The notes beneath the pieces are model-generated. The model was given only the letters and a program-made list of their open reading frames with translations, was not told where the DNA came from and did no database searches. From Psammoneis japonica (Eukaryota), in NCBI GenBank assembly GCA_008632985.1, contig QPGO01000088.1:62001-126000 (forward strand): a DNA stretch of 64,000 nt, read 5' to 3'. Each line of letters begins with the position of its first letter. Position 1 is the first letter of the stretch. The position numbers were made by a program, and so were the translations under genes. Of this stretch, positions 13,230-26,495 are shown piece after piece.

Positions 13230-15420
13230 ATGAAGCTTTGGATAAGTGCGTTGCTCGTCACCACAACGACAGCACTTCTGTCTCCTGGGTTAAATCTTGG
13301 AGCACCCAACGGTGTTGCATATTCTTCAGTCCTGTGGCGCAGAGGGGGGAGCAATTTTCCGCTTCCTGTTGGGAAGCAGCAGCCTGCGAGGAGATCGTGC
13401 GTGTCGTTGAAGCTAGCAGATGAAGTGAAAGAACCAGAAGAGCAAGGGATCGAATGGGACAAAGTTATCAAGCAAGCTAAACTTTTTTGGGAAATGTCTA
13501 TTCCATACTACAAAGAGAGCAACTCTGGCCGGTGGTTGTTTGCGGGAATGGTTGGCCTGACACTTCTAAACAGCGGGGTGAGCGTAGCTTTTTCTTACGT
13601 CGGCAAGGATTTTTGGAATGCACTATCCTCCAAAGATGCTACCCAGTTCTACACCATGTTGACCAGGTTTGGAGGCGCTTTGGTGGTGGGTGCGCCTGTG
13701 GCAGTCATGTACAGATTTCAACGAGAGAGGCTGGCTGTTTCGTGGCGGGAGTGGATGACAGATAGGACGCTTCAGTTATACAGCAGTGATCGGGTCTATT
13801 ACTCCCTAGAAAGGGGTCGCGAGATAGACAACCCGGACCAACGTATTGCGGATGACGTGCGAACATTCACAGCGTTCAGTTTGGAACTCTTTCTTACTAT
13901 TGTCACTTCCTTGATTGACCTGGTGTCATTTTCATTTATCCTCTACTCTATCCAGCCTCAGCTGTTTGGAGCTATTGTCGCCTATTCTGCCTTTGGGACC
14001 GTGGTCACATCGCTACTCGGGCGACCCCTGGTTCGTCTAAACTTCATGAAATTGCAACGTGAAGCTGACTTTAGGTACGCACTTGTGCGTCTGCGGGAGA
14101 ACGCAGAGAGCATTGCGTTTTACGCGGGAGAAGACATTGAGGGGAAATCGATTTCACAGCGATTAACTAAAGTGATGACCAACAAACGGGAGATCATTGG
14201 ACTTCAACGAAACTTGGAGTTCTTCACGACTGCATACCGCTACCTAATTCAGATTCTACCCGTCGCGGTAGTGGCACCGCAGTTCTTCGCGGGTTCAATT
14301 CAGTTGGGGGTTGTCTCGCAATCGGCCGGGGCCTTTAACCACATTCTTAGTGACCTGTCCATACTCGTCAACCAGTTTGAACAGCTTGCCGCTTTTTCGG
14401 CCGGTATTGATCGTCTGAGCCAGTTTTTCCGTGCTATTCGTGAGGCTGACGCCAAACGACCTCTTGATTCCCCTCTCTTACAGTTGCCTTCCAATGAAAC
14501 AGAGTCTGCCGGAACTCTCGACAGGTTCATGGAAGATGGCAAACATGCGGTCGCAGTAGAGCCTGATTTGAGCACGATCACACTCAATCGTTTGGAACCC
14601 ATGGTGCAGGAAAATGCTGCGTCCGGGAGTCCCATTTTGGAAATGAGTCACTTGACATTATATACTCCAGATAGAAAGAGAACGCTTATCCGGGATTTAT
14701 CGTTGGCTGTTTATGAAGGAGATAACTTGTTGATTGTCGGCAACTCGGGGACAGGCAAGTCAAGTTTACTCCGAGGTATTGCTGGCTTATGGACCGCAGG
14801 AAGTGGCTCACTGACACGCCCAGCTGATGAAGATGTCTACTTTCTACCGCAACGACCCTACTGCACGTTAGGATCGCTGAAGGATCAGCTCTTGTACCCA
14901 AGCCTTGAATCCTTCAAGGCCGAAAACTATCCAGAGGGGCACGTTTTAGCCGTTCACACTTACTGCGACAGTCACTCACTGACGAAGACCTCCTCGGCGT
15001 CTTGGAAGCGGTTGATCTGTCGGAACTGGCGCTCCGAGTGGGAGACGGTGATCCTTATCGTGGATTACAAGCAGAAGCTGATTGGAGTAACATGCTCTCC
15101 CTGGGCGAACAACAGCGTTTGGCTTTTGGTCGAGTGTTAGTGAATCGTCCGAGACTCGTCATTCTCGACGAGGCGACTTCTGCACTTGACATGGTAACCG
15201 AGGCGAAGATGTACCAGCTGCTTCAAAACTCTGCAAGGAAGAGCTTGTTGAAGGCGGAAAGCTCTCGGCTCCGGGTCTGACGTATGTTAGTGTCGGGCAT
15301 CGGCCTAGTCTCCTCGCGTACCATGACAAACGTTTACGATTAGGTGGAGAACACGAGCATGACTTGAGTGAAATCGAAAAGGTCCCATCTGATCTAAGTT
15401 CAGCAGTATCAAATCTTTAA
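13230..15420 (+). CDS. ABCD-family half transporter, probably plastid-targeted; two 1-bp frameshifts (~14945, ~15253)
   Basis: Signal peptide, [13 protein letters not shown] motif [21 protein letters not shown], Walker [27 protein letters not shown] and [10 protein letters not shown] occur in shifted frames. Confidence 0.88.
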
Positions 15421-15522
15421 AAACAACGTAGAAGGAATTGATTGAATTTCGCTTCTCGCCTTGTAGAAGGAATGAGTTCTGTGATTGCTCTTGCCTAGTC
15501 TGTTTGTTACCTTAGCTTTGAA

Positions 15523-17516
15523 TCATTGAATGAGGCTCTTCCTTTGCAGGCTATTGCGACTTTTCATGAACTCTGCACCAATGCCGACAGAAATGCCATC
15601 ACAACACAGATTCGGAAAGCCATCGGACTCTATACCCCGATACATACACTCGAGTGGAATCTGAATACTACCGGCGACAAGGACTCTAACTGATTGGAGA
15701 TCATCCTTGTGGACCGGTGTCAGAATGAAGAAGAGCTGGCGCACCCGATCGATACTACGAATCATTCCGAGTCCAACACAAGGCAAACGATATGATCCCT
15801 TCCCACCTGCCATATTGTCCGTACTGGATGTACACAACCCAACGATGGAACCATTGAGAGCATCCAACGCCGTTTCATTGTCGCCATTTAAATAACGATC
15901 CATGTCGTATCCATGGACAGAATCGTACGTGACAGACGACATGGGTACCGCGTATGGTTTCATGGCGGCAATCCTTGATGCAATCCGACAGTTGAAGTCA
16001 CAGATGCCTTGGCTACCAAAGTAGACGTCATCGAATTCATCAAAGATATCTGTTCCGTCAAGAAAATACGTACACAGACGTAAAGACCGTAGCGCAAGGG
16101 CGGGGATGGACGTTGCGTTTGCAATTTGTGGTTGCACCACATCCGCATTCACGTCCACGGAAGCAAAAGATGCTATTGACGACACTCGAGATGCAGCTGT
16201 AACGGGACTATTCTGGGGAATCTTGCTGTTAGTAGTGTCGCTGTTGCCATTGCTGTTGTTGTATGCGGCAACCACATGCAAACGTGTGGTAACCAACGCT
16301 GATGATGACGACAAGGTGTCGTAAAGATCAAAGATCTTTGATTTGACTTCACCCATGAGTTGGACGATATGAAGCGGCTGTACCAAATCAACAAGCGCCG
16401 ATAAAAGCTGAAAGCCCATTCCCTTGACCCAACCATCGGTATTCACCAACAAAGGAAGGCGATTCTCATCGCCTTTGCAATCTTCGTTCACAAGGCGCTT
16501 GTACCGTTCGACTAGCTTATTAATACATTCCATATAGAACGCAGGGTCTGCCTTGGACGATGCATGTCCATAAAAATAGGCCGCCACATGGCGTTCAGCG
16601 ACTACAAAGGACGTTGCTTCACCAGCATTACCGACACGAGCAGAAACTGACCGAGATCCTCTCACCATGTGAACATGGGGCGGATGTAATAACGGGGATG
16701 CAATGACTGTCAAAGTGAGCATACCGGGTGGTGACATTTCAGGCTGTCCTACATCGCAATCCAACACAGCTACCTGTGTTGGACGAGATGATAACAAACG
16801 GTTTGCTGCGTAACGTAGGAATGTGCTTTTCCCCACACCCTTGGCCCCGCAAATGACAACTCTGCCCCTGAAACCTTCGTCTTGGTCGCAACAAGATTTT
16901 TCGTGACCCTTGAACGTTCGAAAAAGTCAGCGACGATGTCATTCATGGCAAGCTCCCACGTAGGAGGAATTATCGTTGGGCGAATAGATCCAGCTCCAGC
17001 AGTAAGAGGCGTACAGCAATCGAAGGTTGCCGGGGCTTCTTTGTTTTCTGTATCCTTGTTCGCCATTGTAGCAACAGACGACACCTTAACAATTGAATCG
17101 TCTTGCATGGATACAATGGTAATGGCACTTTTCCACGTGGGGCTATCCACGAGGGCTGTGTTTCGCAGAGGAGGTGCACCAAGAAGTAGTCCCAGAACTT
17201 CCACTTGACCCTGAATGATCTCCAATCTCGCTCGTCCTATCAAGCACATGTGCAATGACGCTCTGGGAAACGTTAGTGTAGCTTGTTTGTTTCCGGTCCA
17301 AGTCTGTGTCACTGCAACTGGGAAAGTATCACTTGCCGTCCCTCCCTCGTTCCCTGAAAGCACTGGATGGTCGTCCCCGACCGTTGCCGATGTTGTTTCA
17401 CTCATTCTGGTAAAGGGTCGAGGCCTTTTCTTCCCTGCTTTTGCATTTGGTGATGGTCTCTCACGACTTTCTGATGGAGGGACCTGCTCCTTGGCTGTTA
17501 CGGGGGAGAACGCCAT
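15523..17516 (-). CDS. NOL9: Polynucleotide 5'-hydroxyl kinase NOL9/Grc3 (Clp1 family); one frameshift near 16870-16930; start uncertain
   Basis: VICGAKGVGKST P-loop, LDCDVGQPE, LVNTDGWVKGMG, CVGLGMIRSID and FILTP motifs. Confidence 0.8.
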
Positions 17517-17982
17517 CCAATCGAAGCGGCGTGCGATGACGGAGCAAAGGGGCCCATTTTTGGCTTTCTGATCCGTCCCGTCTTTCTTCTTTCTGTGGAC
17601 TTTTGCCAGCAGAAACAAAACCCACCTCTGAAGTCATGGTGTGAATAAGTTAGCACCCACTCTCCACTAACCGGTATCTCAATCTGGATAAATGAAGCGT
17701 TGTGCGTTGTCGTCATGTTTGATCGAATGCGGTATGAGGTATGAACGAAAGTTGAATGGTCGCCGTCTGTCTGACTGTGCGGAGAGAAAAGGCCGTCCCA
17801 GTCACGTTCCTTTGGTCGCGGATTTGGCTGACTTTTGACGTGGCGGGTCGCGGAGGGAACTCGCAACACGCAACACAACAAGCGAAGAGAGAGGGCGGAG
17901 GCACACTGAATAAGTCGTACTGGTAACGCAACGGATTGTTGCGTCGCTACCTCATCACACAACACCTAGTATCTCGATTTCG

Positions 17983-19486
17983 ATGCCCGTTATGGGATCC
18001 GGAGTTGCAGCTAGTGTAATTTTCTGTCTGGTTACGGTTGGTCGTTCATCAGCTTTGTCGTCGAAAAGGCACCAGAACATGGGATCCAGTCGTCATACCG
18101 TCCTCAAACAGATAACTTCCATAGCGATAACATCGCTTGCATTGAGTATCAGTCCTTCGATGGCATTGTCCTTTTCCTCGCCAAGCGGCAGCAGTCCACT
18201 GCGTCGCGTCAAAGCTTCGCCCGCGTCCGGCACAAGCGAGGTAAATGGAGTGAATGGATCCGCTTCGTCAACAACGCAGCACAAGGTCGCTTATCGATCG
18301 CTTTCTCTTGATGTGGACTTTGGAGTGAAAGTACCAGTTGCCATGTGGTACCCTGCAAAGGCTGACAGTTCTGGAGGACGATCGAGCACATCACCCATTA
18401 TGGATATTCCTTTGTCGGATTCGGCTTCTCCAGACTCTGTCACGTACTACAGTCATCGCATTTCTGTAAAAAGAATAGGGGAACTCCTTGCTGGTTGGGA
18501 ATTCATTCCTGATTTTGCATCCAAAAACTTTCAACTTGAACCAACACTACCGGCCAACACTGTTCTGGATGGTAGCAACCTTCCTTTGCCAGAGAAAGGC
18601 CCCGTCGTCTTGCTGGCACATGGATACCTGGGAAGCAGATTTGATCTGTCGCATCTCGCTGAAGAATTAGCTCAACAAGGTAAGAGATTGACAATGTAGT
18701 CGGATAACATTCACATTCCGGTGGTGTGCATGCCTCACCTATTCTTTCTGAATTGGGGGAAGGTTTCATTTGCTTGAGTCCAGAGTACCCTGAATCCTTG
18801 GCGGCGTCTTATCCCCGAATCGAAGGATTGGATCGTGACGCCATCACTTCCAGAATGCTGAGCGTGTTGAAGTCCGAATTGAAGGTTGGCGCAACTTCAT
18901 TTGGTATTGTAGGTCACAGTTTGGGATGTGGAACTGCCATGTCAACGGGTGACGATGATTGGACTCGCGTTTTGATAGCGGGATTTCCAAGAGGTACTTC
19001 TCGTAGTCGGGTGTTGTGGCTTTCGTCAACGAATGATGGAGCAGTATCTCTCAGTCGCATGGGAGGTAGAGCAGCGATCCCCCTGAGTATGTGCAATTGG
19101 ATGAGTCGGCTGCTCTGCAGCAAAGCAACAAGTTGCCCCCTCGGGCCGCCCTCGTTTTTGACAGACCTGATGCACCCAATCATATTTCATTCTTGGCGGA
19201 TGGGGTAAATGACTGCATGATCGACCTTCTTTCTCCTCTTCTTCCCGTGGCGCAAGCATTGGAGATCCCAGTGCTTGACTTTGATAAATACCAACAGAGT
19301 CGTGACTCTCGGGAAACAGGTAAGTTTCGGACGAACGAAAGTCTTTCTTTGCGTTCTCGAGTTGAACTCTATTCCTAACGTGCTCTGCTGCGCTTCTTCT
19401 ATCTTGATCTATCTAAACTTGTGCTCGCAACAGCGCAAGTTGTTTTGCCTCTTATCAGTTCCTACTTAAAGCAGTACATGCTGTGA
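17983..19486 (+). CDS. Alpha/beta-fold serine hydrolase (dienelactone hydrolase/PAF-AH-like); introns 18680-18762 and 19320-19433; frameshift at ~19080
   Basis: VAMWYP, PVVLLAHGYLGS...LAEELAQQGF, nucleophile elbow GHSLG, and NHISF histidine. Confidence 0.75.
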
Positions 19487-19859
19487 TTGAAATGTTAGTG
19501 CTTTTTAAAGTGAAAGGCAATTGCAGTAGACGTAGAAGTACTGTAGCTCACCTTACCTGAAAATGCTACCGGTCATAGCTTCCTCGCGCAGCAGGTGCTT
19601 TTAGGTGCAGGAGTTGTCTACAGTGAAACCTATATCGGGTGCGATAGATTTAAAAGGAAGTTTGATAGTACACTAAGGTCTTTCCGCCTTCTGGCCTATT
19701 TCATAGTACGTACCTACGAGCATTGCGTTTGGCGACACCAAGCTTTGGTTTCGGATGGATTTTGGATTTCGTGTCCATACATGATGCATGATGTTTTGTG
19801 ACCGTTGCTTGTTTGTCGTTGGGCACTATGTGGTTGTTCGGGTGCATCTAATTGGGCGT

Positions 19860-22800
19860 CTCACGGAGTGATGTCATTCAGAGCATGATGAAAAGAACCA
19901 GGTTGTGCTGCAAACTTCTCTCAAGTGGATCAGCAGGCACTGCTTCTTGAAAATGCACTGAGGTCAATGAGAAGTTGCCATTGCACCACTTTCACTGCAA
20001 ACAAGAAACAAGACAGCACATATGTGCACTCATTTTTCAAAGACAAGGTCTTTTCAACCCACATTTGTCCTTTTGTGATTGTGCCCTTTTCTTTTTTTGA
20101 CAGAGAACACCAACGCACAACAAGGCAAATTTGCACATGCTCTGTGTTTGGGCTGCATCTCCTCCTTCAACAATGATCTTTTTGTGAATGCTGCATGCAT
20201 CATTCCAACACACAGGCAAAACCCCACTCTGTGTGTTGGAAAGCACTTGGTTTTGTGCATTTGTTTGGTTGTTCCAAAAGGAGGAGGAGCTTCAGCCCCG
20301 CCAACACAAAAAGAGTTGTTGATTTTGAGAGCAAAATTCAATTTGTTCCCATGAGTGAATGATGCCTGCAGACATGTGGGAGGAGCATTGTGAACTGTGC
20401 TGCATGATGGGGAGCTCTGTGCACAGAGCAAAATGCTTTTTGTCGAAATGTCAAGTTGATGTGTGTGCTTGTTTTATTTTGAGAACTTCTTTCAACCACA
20501 CAACTGCAGAAGGGGCACTGGCTGACAATGTGAAGTGGATGTGAAGTGTGTCATGAAGACAATTGCTGGACACTGGGCAAGTGTTGCTGAACTCACAGAG
20601 TTCCGTTGCACAAAGTCTCTGCCCATGAGGTGGTGGCATCAAAACACATCTGTGCAATGCAGAAACAACCATGTGCAGACCAATTTAGATGTGTGTGGCA
20701 GAATCAATGGCACCAGCTGTGTGTTGATTGAGCCCAGAGCAGGGTGTTGAAATGGCCTGAGGTGATGGTGCAAGAACTCCAAACTTGAAAGTTGCCACAA
20801 AATCCTTCCACAAGAATGTCTTTTTTCTTTTTTCGTGTGAACAGAAAGAGAAACAGCACCCACAGACAAAGCAAAATGTGGTGTGTCATGTGCTGTGGGG
20901 CATGACATCATGGACAACAGTGACACACAGGATGTGAGTGTTGTGCAAAAAAAAAAACATGAGGCAAAGTTCAAACATTGTCAATTTGATGAGTGTGTGA
21001 TGAGCAAACACTCTGGAAAAATTGTTGGCACATGTTTCCCCTGGTGCTGGAACAAGTCAATTGCCCACACCAGGTGGCAACTCCTTTGCTCCACTGCCAT
21101 TGGCACATTCAATCTGGCAGCAGAGCCAGCCAGCATTTCCTGCTGTGTGGCATGATTCTTGTGTTTTGATGCCACCAACACCCAGTCTGGCACAAAACCA
21201 GTCAAAATCTTTTTTGCTGGCTGGTCTGCAGCACTTCTGATCTCCAGCAAAAAGGATGACTCCGACTCTGGTGCACACCAGCACAGTGTGCCGTTGGGAA
21301 AGAAGCAGTCTTTTTGCCTTGGCTTTCTTTGTTGTGGCCAGGTGCAAGCACATGAGATCCATTGCAAACTGAGCTGCTGACATTCAAGGCAGTGTCAACA
21401 CATCATGGGAGGGGAAGCTGGGGTCAAGGGCATGACCATGTGCAAAGATTTTGCTCCTTGCACTGCTCTGGAGCCCCTCCTGTGCAGACCCATTTTTGCA
21501 GCACACCGTGACTGTGTGGCACACTGGTTTCCTTGGCTTGCCCAAAGCAGAACAAAAGAGGCTGTGCGTTGTTCTCATCAAAATGCCACTTCTCTGCTGT
21601 TCACAAAAAATTGAAAAAAAGCCAAAAAATTCCATCATCAATGCCCCACGTTTGAGTTGAGCGGGGGTTTTGCATCCATGTCATCAGGTCAACAAAAGTG
21701 CAAGGCAAGCCATGCTGGTGGTGTGGCATCTTTTGCCTCCCTGCCGGACACTCATGAAGTCACAGCTTTTGATCAAACCTTGCTTGGAGCCACAGCCCTT
21801 CATTGAGCTTTGTTCCAGTCCAAAAAGTCACACAGCAACAGCTGTTGGCACAAGTTTTGCAGCAGCTGGGACAAACAGGTTGTTTGAGACAAGTTGCTCA
21901 GCACGCACTTTTTCTAAAATGATGCAGGCAGAAGTGATGGCAGGCTCCACACACAAGATGCATGACAGGACACAGGACATCTTGCAACCATTTCCAGCCA
22001 TGTCTTTCCAGCCATTTTTTCAAATGCTGCAACTTTGGTCTGCTCTGCAGGACTGCTGCCAAGCACATTTGTGAGAAAGCAAGCAGCACATTTTTTCAGG
22101 CACAGGCATCATGTGCTGGACCAACAATGAGCTGGCCTTGCCAAGCAAGTGACATGCATTGTCAAGGTGTTCAGCAGGGTGAACAAAAGAACAAAAAGGG
22201 TCAAAAATTCTGCAAGCTTCTGGGGCCAATCTGGCCTTGGACTTGCTTGTGCCCAGTTGGGCAGCCCTGGCTTCAGATCATGTGTGCCCAATTGTTGCTC
22301 CAGCTTTGGGATTGGTGCTGGTTGCTGTTGCCAAGACTGACTTAATTTTCAGCAAATTTCAAGAAAGAGTGATTGGCTGCTGAGCTTTCAGCAGGAGATT
22401 CTATGGGGAGTTGCTTGTGGAGCAGTCTGCACATGCATGTGGTGGTGCAAGAGAAGAGTCCATGACCACAGTGTGCTGAAGGTGTGCAAGAGTGGTTCTG
22501 TGAAGGTGCGCGGTGACACCAAGAACATCATTCTCTCTTTTGTCTTGGCCTGTGACCAACATGGCCTGCAAGATCATTCAAAAGATTTTGACAAAACCCC
22601 GCAACAAATCAAATTGTGAGAGGATCCAGAGGAGGCACTTGCTGACCAGCAATGTCAATGCTGCTTGCCATCAATCAGCTGGAAGCTGCTCTAAAATGGC
22701 AGCACTTGTCTGTTGTGTGCACCACACACAAAACAATTACACGCAAACAAGCACTGGGCTTGCTCTGACCCTTGGTTTGGCTCTTTTTCAATTGGGATCT

Positions 22801-23150
22801 TTGTCATTGGAAGCACATTGCAAATGCATGCTGCCAACCAAGAACCAGTGCAGAGAAACTCTCCATCTTGGGCCATTTGGCATCTTCCACCAAAGTTGTT
22901 GCTAGATTCAATGTGACAAAATGGCAACATCAGACATTTTTTCATCCATGACCATTCGAGATGACAAAGGCATTTGCACCCTCCATCTTAGTTTGCCTGC
23001 ACAGAAACAAATCAATTGGTGACAGCATTTGTCCACCCCAGATCTTTTTTGCTGGCAACAGCCTTTGTCCACCCCAGATCTTTTTTAGTCATCAATTCTC
23101 CCTCCTCACCAACAACCTGCTGCATCTGCAGCAGACAACTCTGAACGACC
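19860..23150. mobile_element. Heavily mutated repeat or transposon relic of unknown class (TpA- and CpG-depleted island)
   Basis: About 10 TA dinucleotides in ~3.3 kb, few CG, strong TG/CA excess, no intact ORF. Element class not recognisable. Confidence 0.55.
23022..23086. repeat. Tandem duplication, 36-bp period, ~2 copies
   Basis: ACAGC(A/C)TTTGTCCACCCCAGATCTTTTTT occurs at 23022 and 23058. Confidence 0.85.
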
Positions 23151-23152
23151 CC

Positions 23153-23407
23153 ATGGATGAAGCCGATGTGGATGTCATCCACTCTCCTGTCAATGAACTT
23201 GAAAGGCAACAACTCATTTGCTCATGGGATGAAAGAGGAGAGAATTGTCGTGGTTGCGACTCTGACAATCTGCGCCTGGCTCTAATGTTCCTCCCGATTT
23301 TTGCCGGGCTCATTTTTGCTCTGCTGCGGTCATGTCGAGGGAACGGGACAGCCTTTGCGTCCACAACAAGGATGCCCGCAGCAATTGCTACAGCGTACGC
23401 TACTTAG
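23153..23407 (+). CDS. Possible small single-pass membrane protein (84 aa) or remnant
   Basis: CCATGG start and one hydrophobic segment LALMFLPIFAGLIFALL. Lies at the edge of the mutated island. Confidence 0.25.
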   Translation: MDEADVDVIHSPVNELERQQLICSWDERGENCRGCDSDNLRLALMFLPIFAGLIFALLRSCRGNGTAFASTTRMPAAIATAYAT

Positions 23408-23568
23408 TGTGTGGATTTGCTCAATGTCATAGAAATGGAGGCGGGATAAAGTAGGACTTTAGCATCGATCCTGCTACCATGGAGTTTAACGAGCCGCTGA
23501 GGCAAGACATGCTTGGACGATGAATAAATAATAGTCTATTTTAGATCCCGTCTGCCGAACTAAGAATG

Positions 23569-25925
23569 TCATCTGGTGTAGTCCTCATCTAATGCATCCG
23601 CCTCCGCATCAGTTCTTGACTGCAGCAGAGCTACACGAGCAAGCCATGCACAGACTCGAAAAACTTGGTACGAAAGGAAAACTCCCCATACTGAAGCAAG
23701 GTTTGTACCTGGCTTACCAGCGAGCGCAGCCTTCTTGACCCGAAGTAGGAGCCACGGAACAGCTGCAAAATACCCGGCATACGCTTTTCCGAGAAATCCC
23801 AAATCCTTGCGCCCAAGCAGCACGCCTTCAGTCGCACAAACCGTTCCGTGCAATGCGAAGACTCCCATGAGCAACGGTATGACAGAATTCACAAGATGAA
23901 CGACCATTGGATCAGACGTGAAGAACCTGGAAAGAAGCGGTATGCATCCGACTGCTGCAACCATGAATGAGCTAAAGACAGCTCCGGCTTTCACAAAGTT
24001 CATACTCGTCTTTCGCAGTGCCTTTGCTCGAGCGCTGCTAACCTTTTTTTCGGCAATGACTGGAACGAAACTCTGGGCCGTCAGACTGAGGGAGTCCGCG
24101 ATAGGACACAGGCAATAAAATAGCGAGACAATAACCTGCTGTGCTGCCATGCTAACAGTGCCCAAAGAACTTGATACAACGTGGGACATGGCAACGTATG
24201 AGGAAACCCGGCCAACTTGAGTTGTGGTGACTGGAACGACATATGGCGAGAACTCTGACACAGCCTCTTTTGAGGGAAACTTGAGCAAGTCGCGGCCTCT
24301 GAAGCGACCCTCCAGGAAACCTCTCACCGAAAAACTTTCATCTTGCTGCTTCCCGTCGAGGTGTTGATGCGGCTTTTCTCCTTCAGGGCGAAACCTTGCG
24401 GCAACCGAGCGGATTTTCTGCGAGAACCATTTCCGCTTCGCACCCTTCTCTGCACCTCCTGGGGATGGTACTTGTAGGGAGGAGAGAGCATCCGCAAATC
24501 TTCTCCTCCGTCTGGCGCCCTTTTCGTTGGGTTTCCCTGTTAGTTCAATAATCGCACTGCTTATGTTAATCACTTCCGGTCCCCGGCGTGGCTTGTGACA
24601 GAGCCAACGGATGAACATCGCCAAAGCTGCGTACTGAGAGAAAACAGTCGCCCACGCAGCACCTGCTGCACCACCAAAGAGAGGGTGGTTCATGCCAACA
24701 AAGGTCATGTCTCCTAGGAAGTTCACCACAGCCGCAGCAGCCAAAACGTACAGAGGAGATCGAATGTCCTGCATGCCTAGGCACGCAGCCTGGGCCGACC
24801 CCAAAACAGCCGCGGCAGGCATGCCAAGAGCACGAATGCGAACGTATTTCATTGCAGCAGCAAAAACATTCGGACAAAGTCCATCGTTTCCAATAATGGC
24901 ACTTAAGAGTGGTCTTGCGAATACCATCAAAATAGAGCCAAGACCAAGTCCAACATATCCAGATGCCTGAAGGGACGAAATTAGCGTTTTCGTGGTGCGT
25001 GGCTTCCCTTCCACGCCTCGATCGGTCTCCTGAGCTGCAGCGACCAAATTTGTTGTGGCTGTGTACATGAATGCCTTTTCAGCGAGTAAAGCAAGAGCAA
25101 GTCGTTCCGTGAGATCCGGAAGAACGTACACATGGGGAACACCAATCACACCGAATCACTTACAATGAGGAGGGCCGCATAATCCGTAACCGCAACAGCA
25201 GGATTCAATGCAGCTTGCTGCGAGGTCCCCGATAGCAAACCGACCGCACTTGTATCAATCAACGACAACAAAGGACTACAAAGCCAAACCCCTATCGCGG
25301 GTACAGCAAAGGTCAGAATCTTCTTGACACTTGGTGCCGTAACGCTCACTGCTGAATCCCCAACTACGGACGGCGCAGACACAATTTGCGGCATTTCCTT
25401 TGGGGCTTCCAGTGTACTGTTGGAAGGAGGACTGGAGATGAGCGGAATACCGTCGACAACCTCACTATGAAGTGAAGCCTCGGCAGCTGCTGCTGCTGCG
25501 AGGACAGCGCCCACATTTTCCGCCGACTCTTTCGCCTCTCTCTCCAGCTCTGTCTCCGCAGTAGTCTCTGCAGCGCCTAGAAGAAATTCAGTGGCATTTG
25601 AAGAACCTTCCACTGTATGTTCGGCGCCAAAGAGGAATTCTGCAACGTCGACCGGCTCAGTAGCAATGGGCTGTAGTTCATCTCCAAGCGTCAATGAATT
25701 CGATATACCCTGATTTGATTCATCTTCTTCAGCTGGGTCTGAATTTTCAATTGAGCGGTCATATATTCGGGAATTGTGGCCCAACTTTAAGCGGTACCTG
25801 CTTCTCGTTCCTACCAAAACAGATCCGTGGCTTCTAAAGGATTGGGATGCCTGCGGAGAAAATGACTGGGCCCTCGGCACCGCCAAAATCAGGCAGCTTA
25901 CCAACAACACACACTGTCTACGCAT
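23569..25925 (-). CDS. MATE efflux transporter (DTX46/47-EDS5-like), probably plastid-targeted; intron 25075-25163
   Basis: Signal peptide ending AQS-F, ILTFAVPAIGVWLCSPLLSLIDTSAVG, YVRIRALGMPA, GAAWATVFSQY. Confidence 0.88.
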
Positions 25926-26495
25926 TTTGCGCTTTTCGAACAAGGTACTGTATTGAAGTAATGTTCCCTGTGGATCGGTGAGTAAAGAATGTGAGCGACA
26001 GGTGACCTTGAGAAGAGCAGAAGATTCATGCATCGAATGCGATGGTGAAAGCACGGTTGCGGCAGAAATTGGAAATGCAGCTGAGCTGGATGACGTGTCC
26101 AACCCGAATCTTCGCCTGTGAGTCTGTCCCATCAGGCGGTCGATGTCTTTCGCGCGCGATAGCATAACAAACGACGCGACCAGTTTTTGCGTCAATTTTC
26201 TGCACACGATGACCCGTAATCTTTTGATCTTCATCAAGGCAAAGTCGTCGACATTGATACAGAAAAGGAACACAGCGACACAAAAATACAGGCAACAAAT
26301 CAATGCAGTGTTCGTTGTTTCATACGCACTCCTGCCTTCCTGCGAAAATGGCAAGCAATTTCGAACCGTGTGTTTTCTCGAGGCTGCTGCGTCTGCGTGG
26401 GTTCTAGTGTGTTGGTTACACTCACGTCCAGTCTACTCTACTACCGGTAGTCGTTATTACTTGCGTAGAAATGTACATAGATTTTTGTATGAGTC

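Noticed and set aside
19860..23150. Many overlapping Cys/His-rich ORFs (also in 35600-37700 and 61480-62500) resembling metallothioneins or zinc fingers
   Set aside because: Artefact of TpA loss: TAA/TAG stops and Tyr codons vanish and TGY/CAY codons abound in all six frames.
25926..26354. 143-aa N-terminal extension of the MATE ORF
   Set aside because: A clear signal peptide starts at the ATG at 25925; the upstream frame looks like open UTR or promoter.
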